DNA from: Zygnema circumcarinatum SAG 698-1b
Lineage: Eukaryota; Plantae; Zygnematophyceae
Direction: 5' to 3'
NCBI GenBank assembly: GCA_037447605.1
Contig: CM074817.1
Coordinates: 186,001-250,000, forward strand
Length of the DNA stretch: 64,000 bases
The position numbers were made by a program, and so were the translations under genes. The notes under the pieces were generated by a model, which searched no databases, was not told where the DNA came from, and saw only the letters and a program-made list of their open reading frames with translations. Of this stretch, positions 1-12,528 are shown one piece after another; the first letter of the stretch is position 1; each line of letters starts with the position of its first letter.

Positions 1-2493
1 AGATGACAGAGGTGAGGGGCCGGCCAACCCCGAGTCTCCGTCTCCAGTATGCTTTGTCATAGATCCCTCCACCAGTGACGCAGTCAACCCTCCTGCTCTC
101 TCTGATCTCAGACAGATGATTCAGGAGGGGTATACTGGTGATCCTTTGTTCCTGGATGGCCAAGGAAATGGCTATAAGAACAAAGTGGTGTCTAAGGACG
201 GATTCTGGTACCACGGCCAGCAGTTGGTCGTGCCCAAGGCCGGGACTGTACGGCAGCTCATTCTGGGTGAGCTACATGATCCTCCGTACCGAGGTCACAT
301 GGGAGTTGCCAAGACCCGTGAGGCACTGCTCCGAGAGTTCTGGTGGCCTGGACTCTCGAGGGATGTGAAAGCGTATGTACTCGCTTGTCCAACTTGTCAA
401 CGAAACAAACCCCGCACTGGCAGGATCCCTGGCCAGCTGCAACCCCTCACACCTCCTTTTCGGAAATGGGACAGTGTGGGTATGGACTTGATCACAGATC
501 TTCCTGTGACACCTCGGGGGCATGACTCCATCTCGCTTTGCTTTCAGGCCCAAGATGGTGCATCTTTGCATGAACTACTGGAGACCTCTGGTTGATTGCA
601 TCTACGTCTGCTCACAAGTGACCATATGGTCTTCAGTCAGAAATTGTGTCTGACCGTGATCCACGATTCACCAGCCATTTTTGGACGGAAGTGCTCAAAA
701 TCGTTGGGACCAAGCAGGCGTTGAGTACAGCTTTCCACCCGCAAACCGATGGCCAGACGGAACGGGTGAACAGGATCCTGGAGGATTACCTCCGGCATTA
801 TGTGGGACCTACCCCGGATGGGTGGGACGAACTGCTCCCAGTGGCTGAGTATGCCATCAATAATGCTTTCCAGGAGTCCATTGGTACCACCCCTTTCTTC
901 TTGAACTTTGGCCAGCATCCTCTAAATCCCCTGCAACCAAGGGATCAGCCCCCTGATCGTGGAACATGGGCGTCCACAGACCCCCACCCTCGCAGAGCTG
1001 AGAGGAACCACGGGGCTCAAACTCTCCGCAGTCAGACTTTTGTCCGCTAATGTCTGAGGGCGTGACACACGCAGACCTGCTGAGCCGCCCAGCCGCCACA
1101 AAAGGCCTTACATGCTGCCGACCGGGCTTCACCGTGATCTAACTCACCTTCACAACGAAGGGCGAGGTGTTGCTAAGCACGGCGAACTTGAGACTCAGCT
1201 TATGGCGGAACACGCAGCCGCGGGCCCGCCGACCTTTCCCGTGTCGCGGAAGCTTAATCAATGATGTCGCTATTGTGTTGATTTACCATCCCCATGAAGG
1301 CGATCCGCCTTCATGTGGGTTTATAAAGGTCTACCGTGAGTTGGCGGGGAGGATCCAACTACCCCCACTGGGGAACCTTGAAGGTGAACTTGGAGTATGG
1401 AAGTTGAAACCATTCAAGCCCACCGGCCTTGTGAGAAAGTGGTCGATCTTCCCGCCAGCGAATACTCTCGTGAAGTGGTTGGGCTATGGGGTTGAGCATA
1501 GCACATGGGAAGCTGAGGGCAACCTGACCAACTGCCAAGAGCTCATCAACTTGTACTGGGAGGCGCGGGCCGCTGGAGAGCGGGCGAGGGCGGCTCGGGG
1601 GGTTCCTGAACCGTCTTCGCGCAACTCGGAAAGGGACTTGACCGGGATTATCGCTGAGCCCTCCCGGTTATCACGTAGAGTTCGACGCGTGCCGTTGAAA
1701 CTACGAGCTGCCTTTACTACCCCACACACGTGAACGAGGACGTTCACATCCTCACAGGGGGGGAGTAATGTAGCGAAACGCTACTGTCACCCCAAGGGGG
1801 AAGGGTTACTTAGAGCTCGGCGTGGCTTTATGTTTCCATCCAATGCTGCACTCCCACCCAAGTAGAGCATCTGGAGCACCCTATGTGATCTACTCTGAGG
1901 TCCTGTGTTCGAACTCCAAGCACTGTTCACCGCTGGGGCCGCTACATAATCTCTTATGGGCCCCACGCCGCACAGGTCCCCTCCTCGCAGAGGAGGATCA
2001 CGGGCTATTCTAAGCACGCGACCAATCCGTCCTCGGGCGATGCTGGGATCTCACGCCACTCACCGGATCCTCCTTTTGTTCTCACGTCCGGTCCAGACGC
2101 TAACGGTTACCCGATGGTACGGACGGATCGTCAGCTTCTGACTCAGCGCCTTCAGAGGATCCGGACCAGGCACCGACAGCGCGCGCGCCGTTACGGCGCT
2201 GGCGCCGCGAATGCGGCGAGCATTCTCAGATGGCAGGCCACCTCTCGACCCATGCAAATGAGGGCCACGCAGGCTGCCATTGGACAGCCCCCGCCTAATC
2301 CTCCATGCTGGTGGATAGGTTCAACGGGAAGGCAGGGCGCGGGACCGCTGTCACCCAAATCCAAATATACCGCATACACGGGTTGCACGCCCATCCCGGC
2401 CGCTCCCACTCAAGCGCTTTCCTCCCTCTCTCTCTCTTAAATTAACTCATAACACTACGTTAACGGGTCAAGGGGCTAGATTTCGCCGTGACA
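1..2493 (+). mobile_element. 3' part of a Ty3/gypsy chromovirus LTR retrotransposon (integrase, chromodomain, PPT, 3' LTR), degenerate
   Basis: Integrase zinc finger HDPPYRGH...CPTC (116-595). Core SDRDPRFTSHFW and AFHPQTDGQTERVN (646-1050). Chromodomain LVKWLGYGVEHSTWEAEGNL (1167-1733). PPT AGGGGGGGAG at 1756-1765. Several frameshifts. Confidence 0.92.
1769..2493 (+). repeat. 3' LTR of the gypsy element
   Basis: TG follows the PPT at 1769, and the LTR ends GTGACA at 2493 where copia RT sequence resumes. A perfect TGTCAC...GTGACA pair starts at 1785, so the left boundary is ambiguous by 16 nt. Confidence 0.7.
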
Positions 2494-5400
2494 CCATTAT
2501 GAGGTCGTCCACGATCCCAACGCATACGATCCGCCTCTTCCTGTCGATGCTGGGGACTAATGATCCGGCCTCAATCGCGAACCAAGTATCTCAAGAGGTC
2601 ATCAATTTTCTCGTACCAAATCCTGGGCGCCTGTTTCAGTCCGTACAGACTTTTCACAAGACGACAAACGAGATGCTCCTGCCCCGGGACAACTTTCCCT
2701 TTGGGCTGTACCATGTAGATCTCCTCAGCGAGATCTCCGTACAGAAACGCGGTCTTGATATCGAGTTGATGTACGTGCATCCCCTCGGCTGCTGCAATCG
2801 ATATTAGGGCACGGAGGGAGTTGAACTTCACCACGGGGGCGAAGGTCTCCGTGTAGTCGATTCCGTACGCCTGGCTGAAGCCCTTCGCCACCAGCCGCGC
2901 CTTGTATCGGTCGACACTCCCGTCCGCCTTTCGCTTCACCTTGAACACCCACTTGCATCCAATGGCCCTCCTTCCCCTCGGCAGCTCCTCAAGTCGCCAC
3001 GTGCCGTTCTCTAGCAAACTGTCCCACTCGCTGTCGATCGCTGCTCGCCACTTCTCTCCATCGACCCCGTCGTGCGCCTCCTCAAAGGTTTGCGGTTCGG
3101 TGATCATGAAACAGTGGGCAGCTCCCGCGAGGTCCGCTGAGTCTGTAGGCACTCTTTCCTGTACTAGATTAGTCTGCGAAGGCCTGTAGTGATCAGGCCT
3201 CCTCACCACACGGGTGCTCCTCCGAGGTCCTTGCGCTCTCCGGCTCCTCGTGTTGAAGAAAATCCCCGGGACAAACCCGGGAGGCATGCTCGACAACATA
3301 GCCTCTTTCTCAGCCGTCTCCAAATCCTGGACTCCTGCCCATTACAAGGAATGCGATTTCGGCCGAGAGTTCTCCTGCCGTGGGGCAATTGAGTGTATAG
3401 TGGTGCGTTTCCGAGTGAAGGTGCGGCTCCCCGCTAGGCTCCTCGAGTTCAACTCCCACGGCCGCCTCCACGTTGGCGTTGCTTAGAGCTCGGCTCAGCT
3501 CTCGAGGCGTCTTTGATCTCCCTCTGAAGGCTGGGACTGAGAGGGCGTCATACCCTCTTCGGTCTACATCCTCGTACACAATTTCCAAACACGCCTTTGG
3601 GGTCGCGGGTCTCACCTAACCAGTCACGCTCCCTTCTAGATCCATAACGTCTCTCGAGCTCACGCGCTTCGTTTGCTCGAGGATTCCACACCGGTAGGTG
3701 CGGTACATCCATGTTGTAGCGAGAAGGTACCCTTCCACGGCTCGGGGGTCGAACTTTCTCTTCTGCCTCGCCTTCGGCACTGTCTACCAGCAGCGCGCTC
3801 CAAAGGTCTTCAGGTGGGACACCGTGGGTTTCCTCCCACTCCACACCTCTTCAGGAACCTGATCCTTAAGCACAGAAGATGGGCATCTATTTCTAAGGTA
3901 AGTTGCGGTCATTACCGCCTCTCCCCAAAAAGATGCCGGGAAGGGGGAATCTATCAGCATGGTCCGCGCCATGTCCCCCAACGTCCTATTGACCCTCTCA
4001 GCAGCTCCATTACTTTGAGGGGAGTAAGGAGCAGAAAATTCATGCCTTATTCCGCGAGCCTTCAAGTACCCGCCGAACTCCTTCGACTTGAATTCCCCTC
4101 CGTTGTCTGAGCGCAGCGTCTTCAGTTTCTGACCGCTCTCTCGCTCCATCTGAGTCTGCCAATCTCTGAAAGCTCCGAAAGCTTCAGACTTGTACTTGAG
4201 AATTTTTCACCCAAATTTTCCTCGAAAAATCATCAAGGAAGGTGATGAAGTAGCGAGCTCCTCCACTCGTTGCCGGTGTCACGGGGCCACACAAATCGGT
4301 ATGTACCAATTCCAGTTTCTCCTGCGCGTGAAATGACTCCTCTCCACTCCTCGAAAAGGGTCTCCGATGCGCCTTCCCCTCTACACACTCTTTGCAAAAG
4401 CCTAGCTCCTTCTCAACTATGTCAATGTCTAACCCGCGGACCAGCCCCCTTGCAGCAAGCTGTTGCAGTCCCCTATGGTTTAGATGACCAAGTCTACGAT
4501 GCCAGAGATTTACTGCACCCTCAGTTACGGCCATCACACCCTCATCTTCTTCTCTCCTATAATGAAGGTAATATAGGCCTCCCTTCTCGTACCCTTCAAA
4601 CAGCCGCTTCCCCGACTCCAAGTGAGTAGCTACGCAAGACTTCTCCTTGAAGGTGACTTCGTACCCCCTCTTACATACTTGACTAACAGACATGAAGTTC
4701 TGTTTCAGGTCAGGGGTGTGAAGTACGTCACCGATGCACAACCGCTCTTCTCTTTCTTCTTCGTAGATGACAGAGCCGTCTCCGAGGATCATCTTTACTA
4801 CTCCTCCTTTTTGTAGCTGTCACTCTCCCTCTCGGTTGCGAGTGAGCAGTCTGGTCCTCTCCAAGGTGTCGGCGTAAGAGAACATTAAACGTAGCCACAC
4901 GTAATGCGTGGAAGCGCGGTCCCGATCGGCCATGGCGCTTCAAATCCGCAACCTGGATCTTTTAACGATCAGAATGTTCCATTGCCGGCGCCAGAGATTG
5001 AGTATACACGCCGCTCTGCAATCCGTGCTCTTGTGGCCTTGCTTCTTGCATTTGAAGCAGATTCCCTTGAATCCCTTCTTGACGGATGACGATGCTCCTC
5101 CACCCCGATCTTGGGTGTTCTTGTTGCTTGTAACTTGATGCGGCCGAAGTGGCGGTCTTACGCCGCGTGTAACGCTCGTAGTCGTTCCCCATGATGCGCT
5201 CTCGGCATACCTCCTCTTCGAACTTGTCGTGAGTGCAACGCCAACACCTTCTCCTCGGTGCCTCCAACGTCTTGGACAGTGTTCTCCTCCTTGATCCTTC
5301 GTTTCACTTGCTCAAGGGTCATCACGGTGTTTGTTAGAACAGTCCTAAGAGCTGCAAGCCTTTACCTCGAATCGGCGGGCCCTAAGCTGGCTGATTACAT

Positions 5401-6947
5401 GGTCTCCCCTCGCGGTTTTCGTATTTATGAATCTCCATTAGAGTATCAAATCTGACCATATATTCACTCAGCTTCTCTTCCGAGGACATCTTCATTTTCC
5501 CAAGCTGCGTGTAGAGGCTGACTATCGTTACGTTATCCTTTACGTCATACATCTCCTCTAAGCATCTCCACATAGCATGTGAAGTCTTAAGGTCATACAG
5601 CATGGAAGAGGGACTTCCCCTCACGCTCATGACGATCTGGGTGAGGGCCTTGTTGTCCTTGGTCCTCCATCTGGCGAGCGCTGTGTCGAACTCCGACTGC
5701 TGCTNNNNNNNNNNTCTGGCGAGCGCTGTGTCGAACTCCGACTGCCGCTCCGCCGTGGCTCCCTCCGGCTGCACCGGTGCCTTGATGGTGCCGTCAACGT
5801 ACCCCAACAGCCCCTTGCCCACGAGCAAGGGAACCAGCCGCCATCTCCACCCCTTGTAGTCCGAACCATCGAACGCTGGGATGCTGAACTTCACGTGGTC
5901 TTCCTCGCCACCTTGGGCTCTGATACCACTTGTTGAAGCAGGGGTTTGCTCCCCACTTCCGGCGCCACCTCGGGTGTCGCCCTCCATTGGAACTTGAGTT
6001 CCCACGGATGAAGACATTCAAACACTCAAAGCTCTATCTTACTTCACTCATCGCCCATAACAACAGAATGAAGCTACAAGACAAGCACAGCGGAAATCAC
6101 AATGAGAGAGTGTTAGGAGAAAGCTCACGGCTCTAAAACTCCTTATAATAAAACTGTCTTCCCACAATGAAGTTCTCCCACCACTTCAAGGTCCCTCTTA
6201 CTCACTACCTCACGACACAAGTGTAGGCAGCCTAGCAGCACGAGCAGGTTCTGAGTAAGACCCGAGACTATGACAGAGTAGTGTAGGTGGGTTGCTTCCC
6301 ATAATAAAACTACGCACTATATAATATGGCGTCCGTGACGTATTACACATGTCCGTCCGTCGCATCATTACAAATATGCAAATTAAATTAGGCGCACCGA
6401 GAAATAGCGTAACTAATTTGCCTAAATTAAACCGGCCCGGCGCCGACCTAGTTTTGTCGGATCGTGCATCGATAAAATGCTTACGTTTATACGTTTGCGT
6501 AGCGATCGCCAGCGATCTTCGCCGCCGACATCACCGACGTACACTTTCAATTCGCGGACCCACGCGCGAGTGGTCCACGTGGCGATACAGTTGCGCCGAC
6601 CATCTTCCATGTCGTTTTCCAGCGCGCGGCACAGCTCAGCGTTTAGCCAGCGTCGCGATATCCCCGAAGGTGGCGCTGGCGTCCATTGCCAGCGAATCGC
6701 CCGGCCCGGCGCCCGCCGACCAATCAATGTTGCGGCGTTAAGTACTCCCACTTACTTGTGTCACCGCCCGGGCCAATCGGCGCCGCTCGTTGTTACTCAG
6801 CCTTTTCGCGGGCGCCTCCTAAAGTGACGCGACATTACTAAATCTAAGAGCACTACGCCTAGCAGATCTCATGTTCTACAAAACTGAGTACCACAACAAG
6901 TTAGTGTGTGCCATACAATGTCTAACTATCATACATTAACACTAACA
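2494..6947 (-). mobile_element. Ty1/copia element, copy A (5' LTR, PBS, gag, protease, integrase, RT up to YVDD), interrupted by the gypsy element
   Basis: gag FDGSDYKGW. GAG-pre-integrase WHRRLGH...CKEC. Integrase LRSDNGGEF and NGAAERVNRTL. RT AIGCKWVFKVK, YKARLVAKGF and LYGLKQAPR. tRNA-iMet PBS TGGTATCAGAGC at 5917-5928 (minus strand). Confidence 0.95.
5931..6947 (-). repeat. 5' LTR of copia A (about 1017 bp, TGTT...AACA)
   Basis: Lies 2 nt from the PBS. Homologous to 16992-17380 and about 22274-23312. Flanked by GACCA at 6948-6952. Confidence 0.9.
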
Positions 6948-8432
6948 GACCAGACCTGGCTAAAGCAGTCAGTACAGTTTCTAAGTACTTGCAGAATCCA
7001 GGTACGGCCCATTGGGAAGCCGTAAAACGGATTTTCCGTTATCTGAAGGGAACAACGAAGTTCGGCATTAATTTTACCAGTGGGGTTGAGACGCGAGTGT
7101 ACGGCTATACCGATTCGGATTGGGGTGGCGACATCGATACATCGAAGTCGACATCGGGATATGCTTTCATCAATGCAGGAGGAGCGGTTACTTGGAGTTC
7201 CAGTTTGCAGGCAATGGTGGCGCTGTCTAGTACGGAGGCCGAGTACATAGCTGCCTGTCACGCGTGCAAGGAGGCTATCTGGCTCCAGAACTTCTTCGCT
7301 GAGTGCCAGCGACCCCAGATCCCGATAAAGATTCTTACCGACAACCAATCATCGATTGCGTTGGTCCAGAATCCAGTTTTTCACAAAAGATCTAAGCACA
7401 TTCGACTACAGTATCATTATGTACGACAGCAGGTTCGAGATGGACTTGTGGCCGTCGGATTTGTGGGGACGAAAGATCAGGCAGCGGACATGATGACAAA
7501 AGGTACGAATGGGGAGATCGTGTGGCGCAATAGTATCCTACTTGGCGTCGGACCTTTTCACGACTAGGATCGAGAGGGGGAATGTAGTGTACGATAGGGA
7601 TCTAAGCCTAGAAAGTACACCGTACGATCCTCGGTAGTGTCGGTCGTCCTTAGGTGATCTAGTTGTTAAGGGGAACAGGGCGCTAGGTCCCGCTCCATGG
7701 TCTCAACCTGAGTATCTAGGTTGACACGTGGCACGCAATGATAAGTCGCTGGCCGCCACATGCTGCTTATTGCTTTGCGTAAGACCGTGCATGTACTGAC
7801 ATGCAACACGTGGACATTCGGATGTGGCGCCGAGAGGCGCGCTGCGGGATACGGAAGCTTCTGTAAGGTTGACGCTTCGCTGGGCGTAAGCCGCACGACA
7901 CCTCCCCCCGCCATGGCGCGCTCCTGCGAGTTCCAAATACCGGATGGGCGAGCCGCGGAGCGGAGCCGCCGCCGGCATCATGGAGGAGCCGGGCGCCGGG
8001 TGGAGGGCGGTGCAGTGCATGCCAAGCAGCCCAAGACGCCAGGTAGTAACGGAGTTGTGCAAATGCTGTAGTATTTAAGTAGGATTTACTTAGGGGTAGT
8101 TAAAAATCTTGATACATCCGGCAAAGATAGCTTGTGGTGCTAAGCGCAGGTGCCTAGCTGTATGGGCAGGAAGGGGGTTTCGGAATTAAGTCAGAGCACG
8201 TTGTAGTAGAATGAGGGCTCATACAGTGCTTGTTACTTCCGTGTAACTTTATTAAGGAGTTTTGGAGCTGGCGGAGCTTTCTCCTTGAATTCTCAATTTT
8301 GGTGTTTCTTGCTTGATTTGTTTTCAGTAATATTTCTTCGTGTGTGCATGTAAGAACTGTGTTGAAGCAATCAGCAAAGCATGGCAGGAATAGAGGTTAG
8401 TGAGAATGATCGCAGCTTAAGTAATATCATCA
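6948..8432 (+). mobile_element. 3' half of copia element C (end of RT, RNase H, PPT, 3' LTR)
   Basis: RPDLAKAVSTVSKY...HWEAVKRIFRYLKGT, YTDSDWGGD, SSTEAEY and KRSKHI. PPT GAGAGGGGGAA at 7572-7582. LTR 7583-8432 (TG...CA) is followed by ATAGC. Confidence 0.93.
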
Positions 8433-8533
8433 ATAGCGATTCCAGTGATTGAGAAGCAAACGGCGGCTGCGAGGGATGATCAGTATGTCATAAGGGACAC
8501 TCTTATCAACTGTTAACAAACTAGCTGCCTCAC

Positions 8534-10859
8534 TTGTCACGTTGTTGACCAGCTTCATTTGGTATGGAGGATCAAACGAATGATCGTTCCCCGTTTGTTG
8601 TAGGTAGTAGCCCGCTCCCCAGTGGGCAGTCATCCGAGTGAAGCTGGAATAATTTGACTGCGTCAAAACCCCAATGAGCAACAAGGATCGTTTAGTCACT
8701 AGCACCAACCAACGCTTTTGCCAACCAAATCTCTTGCAGATATTTCCTCCTAAAAGCTCCTAAGAGCAAGGATTTACCGGACGAATGTAGACGTCTGTCA
8801 CGTTTCCGGGACCACCCACATCGCGGAGGATGATGTTGAGCCACGCGACGTTGCTTCCATCCCACAAGGTGAAGGAGATGGGTTTTTGATACACACATGG
8901 TACCCTGCACAGAGGAGAGGGAGGGAGAGTGAGGGAACGATAGAAAAAGTGGGAAAGGAGAGAGGTGTTCGTGACTGTCCTTGACAAGTTAGCTTGTCAA
9001 AAAAAGAGGGCAAAATTCACCTTCTGTAAAGTATGCCGCTCATGTAGCCTTTACCCGGGAAACTGGCCATTGCCGAGGGGATAGCCATGGCGGAAAACGC
9101 CTCCCTTGTGAGGTCGAAGTGAACCTACCCGTCGCCGCACCAGTTGGGCTTCGCCGTTACGTTGCTCGGACACACATCCGTGATCGTGACAGTGATCGGC
9201 TTCGAGCTGCATGCAGGGTTGCTTGTGCACTTGATCTGCAGCCAGTAGGGGCCTATAGCAGCAGCCATTAGAACCGGCTGTGCGGGCTCAAGGGTATTTA
9301 CAAATGTGCTTGCAAATATGTCCATGTTGCAAGACCGTGCAAAGCGAGTCAGGGATTCATGCCACGTGGCCGCACCTGATAGCACGTCCCGCAGCCAGCT
9401 CCCTTCATGAAGAGCGCCTGGCTGCCAGCGGCCGCCATTCTCCCGTACGCCGTGCTGTTCAGCGCAAGGTACCCGCAGTTTCCACCTGAACTAGGAGGTG
9501 CCACGTGTCAGAGGGAGTGGAGGAACGCGAGAGAGGGGGTGAGGGAGGGAGAGAGGAGGGAGAGAAATGCGTTGGCGATATCTTACCATCAGGATTGCCC
9601 TGAGGCGGCACGCCGGGATACCACGTGGTGGTCGCGTTGTACCACACTCTCCCGTATAGCGGGGGACCGTTGACACGTGGCGACGGTGGAGGAGAAGGAG
9701 GAAGTCTGGGCGGGGGGGGGGCAGGGGGGGGAGGCGGCGGCAGGGGAGGNNNNNNNNNNCAGGGGAGGAGGGGATCGGCGAAGCGGTGAAGGTGGTAAGG
9801 CAGAAATAGGGAATTGTGCTCTGCAATCGAATGCGGGGCCCTGCTCAGAAGGGCCTGGGATGGATTTCGGACATATCAAAGATTGACCTGCAAGGAAAAA
9901 AAAAGTTAAGAAAAAAAAAATTCAATGACGAATACATAGCAGCTGCTATCGTGGCAAGCATTGGTCTACAGTACTTCTCTGCTTTGACTTTGTTTAGTGA
10001 AGGGATTTGAATTTACTGTAAGCAGTTCTACGATTTCAAAGAGGATTTTATCGGCAACGGATATTTGTTCCATGAGCTTCTTCTCTCACCTCCGTTCTCT
10101 TGCATTGCTAAGCTCCTTCTTCCACTCACCTGTGATGTTATTCCGAAGCTGGATTATGTAAGGGCCATCAAATCTTTCTCCGTGGGACTGGATGTAGAAG
10201 TTCGCACCGTCAGCGTGCTTCATCGGAAGAAAAATGTTGGAGTTATTCTGCAATGACAGAGAGAAGAAAGAATTTTGGAAAATGTCGAAGGGATGAAGGT
10301 GTGCTTGCCGGATAGGTAGGCGCTCAGAGTGAAATATTTCATAGCTTCATTCATGCCCTCTCACCGGTTTGATCAAAACATCCGTCACTGTTCCGGGTCC
10401 GCCTACGTCTCGAAGTCGAAGTTGAACCCGCCACACCGAGCTCCCTTCGTTGACAGTGAAGGACACCTTCTTTTTGTAGTTGCAGGGCACTCTGGGCATC
10501 ATCCCGCAATGAAATAGGATTTGTCATTTCGGTCCCATGTCGGAAAGTAACTGAGAAAATCAATAATACCTCCAAGCTCGGCATTCTGCAGCTTAATTGC
10601 TTCCAAACCTACAAACTGGGGTTGTTCGGTTGACCGTATTCATTCATAATTTGAACCTTTGAGCTGACCTTTTGTACATCACGCGGCTCATGTAGCCCAC
10701 ATTCGTAATGACATTCTCTTGTCCGACAACCGCCATGGCTCCAAAGGCTTCGCGGGTCATGCCGAAGTGAAAGTTCCCATTGCCGCAGCCGCCGCAGACG
10801 TCGCTGACTGTGACGACGATGGGCTGTTGCGAACATAAAGGATTGCTCATGCATATAAC
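8534..10859 (-). CDS. Tandem double-expansin gene (two DPBB+CBM63 modules with a Pro-rich linker). The 5' exons are lost in the gap at 10960, there is an in-frame TAG at 9125-9127, and the last exon lies at 27576-27751 on the + strand
   Basis: GT-AG exons at 10859-10669, 10491-10365, 10247-10130, 9887-9587, 9485-9376, 9235-9021, 8904-8778 and 8657-8534. Motifs WYNATTTWY, GGNCGY...GAGCGTCYQ, VTITDVCP, HFDL, RVPC and RDVGGPG. Confidence 0.88.
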
Positions 10860-10969
10860 CTGAATCATCGGAAGATGTGGGAGGAGGTTAACACTCGAGA
10901 TAGAGCGAGAGAGACTTGGTGGGGCGGGAGGGGGGACGAGGTAGAGAGCTAAATGTGAGNNNNNNNNNN

Positions 10970-12528
10970 GTTTATTTCCCGTGTCGTTCGTTTCGGTACA
11001 TCCGTTTTGATCCGCTACGCGACAGAAAAGCCAACCGCCAATCAGAAGCCGGCAGAAAGTCAATGCCACGTGGAAACAGAATGTCAATCATTAAAGGCTT
11101 CTGAATCAGAATTTTCACTCGAAAAAAATAAAAACAATAGGTTGACATGCCCCGGCGGTACGGTCCGATGACTGCGGTGGTTTGTCGTTCAAGTTCACTG
11201 GAGTCTGGACATAAGGTTCAGGACGGAGAGTATATCGCCATATCGGTGTATAGTAATATTGGCGTATTAAAAAGGGGTAGTGATATTTCCACCCCTTTTT
11301 TGGATCCAAACACCCCTTCCCGGCCGGGCAGATTTCATAAGGGATTAAAAACGGAAAATGCTTTTTTCACACCTTTTTGGAATCGATACCCACCTTCTTC
11401 CGTCGGCTGATTTTATTTTTGCTAACCAAGGAAAATGATACCCCGTCACCGCATTTTGAATACTGTATCCCGCCTCCCTGAATTTTTCTTTTGAGGGAAA
11501 GAAATATCTGCCAGCCCGAATCCGCTCGAAGTGGAAGATCCGTCTGCCACGAGATCGTTCGCGGGTGTCCGTCCTTCACACGTGTGTGTTAATCGCAGCT
11601 GTCGATTCCCTCGCAGATCGCATCACTGCAGATCACCGTTCGATCTGCAGCCGGGCTCGATCTTAGCGAATGGAATGCGCCCACGAGTCCCGTCAAAGCC
11701 GGATCGCATGTGCGAGTGAGCGCGTCCATCGACCCGAGATCTCGTCATTGTTAGCTTCCAGCCAATCAACAGCTGCCACGTGTTACATTTTTGACGTGGA
11801 AAATTTTGATTGGTCCAAGCTCTCAATGTACGAAATTTTGGGTTTTTCAAAGTTGCGACCGTACGACATTTGTACGGAGTTACTTTTGAGGCGACTTTGG
11901 CGGGATACGTGGGCACGAGCCATTCGCTGTGACCGAGCCCGAATGCAGATCAAATAGTGATCTGCCATGTTGCGATTTGCGAGGGAATCGACGGCTGCGA
12001 TTGACCAAACGCGTGAAATGAAATTCAGGTAAGCGGGGTATTCAAAATGGGGTGACGGGTTATCATTTTCCTTGTTTTGCAAAAATAAAATCTGCCGATG
12101 GAGGGTGGGTATCGATTCCAAAAAGGTGCGTAAAAAGCATTTTCCGTTTTTAATCCTTTTTGAAATCTGCCCGGCCGGGAAGGGGTGTTTGGATCCAAAA
12201 AAGGGGTGGAAATATCACTACCCCTTTTTAATACGCCAATATTACTATACACCGATATGGCGATATACTCTCCGTCCTGAACCTTATGTCCAGACTCCAG
12301 TGAACTTGAACGACAAACCACCGCAGTCATCGGACCGTACCGCCGGGGCATGTCAACCTATTGTTTTTATTTTTTTCGAGTGAAAATTCTGATTCAGAAG
12401 CCTTTAATGATTGACATTCTGTTTCCACGTGGCATTGACTTTCTGCCGGCTTCTGATTGGCGGTTGGCTTTTCTGTCGCGTAGCGGATCAAAACGGATGT
12501 ACCGAAACGAACGACACGGGAAATAAAC
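10970..12528. mobile_element. Foldback / long-TIR non-autonomous element (left end cut by the gap)
   Basis: 10970-~11390 is a near-exact reverse complement of ~12115-12528. The inner arms (11400-11480 vs 12020-12110, and 11585-11700 vs 11890-12010) are more diverged inverted copies. Confidence 0.75.

Noticed and set aside
5671-5745. Tandem duplication in copia A gag
   Set aside because: The 31-bp repeat straddles a 10-N gap and is single in copy B, so it is a contig-overlap artefact.
8430-8533. LTR insertion supplying the expansin stop codon
   Set aside because: The donor at 8533 matches the module-1 intron position and a homologous last exon exists at 27576, so the LTR sits in an intron.
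9125-9127. TAG reassigned to Gln or read through
   Set aside because: RETICULATA ends at the expected position with TAG, so TAG functions as a stop. A nonsense mutation or consensus error is simpler.
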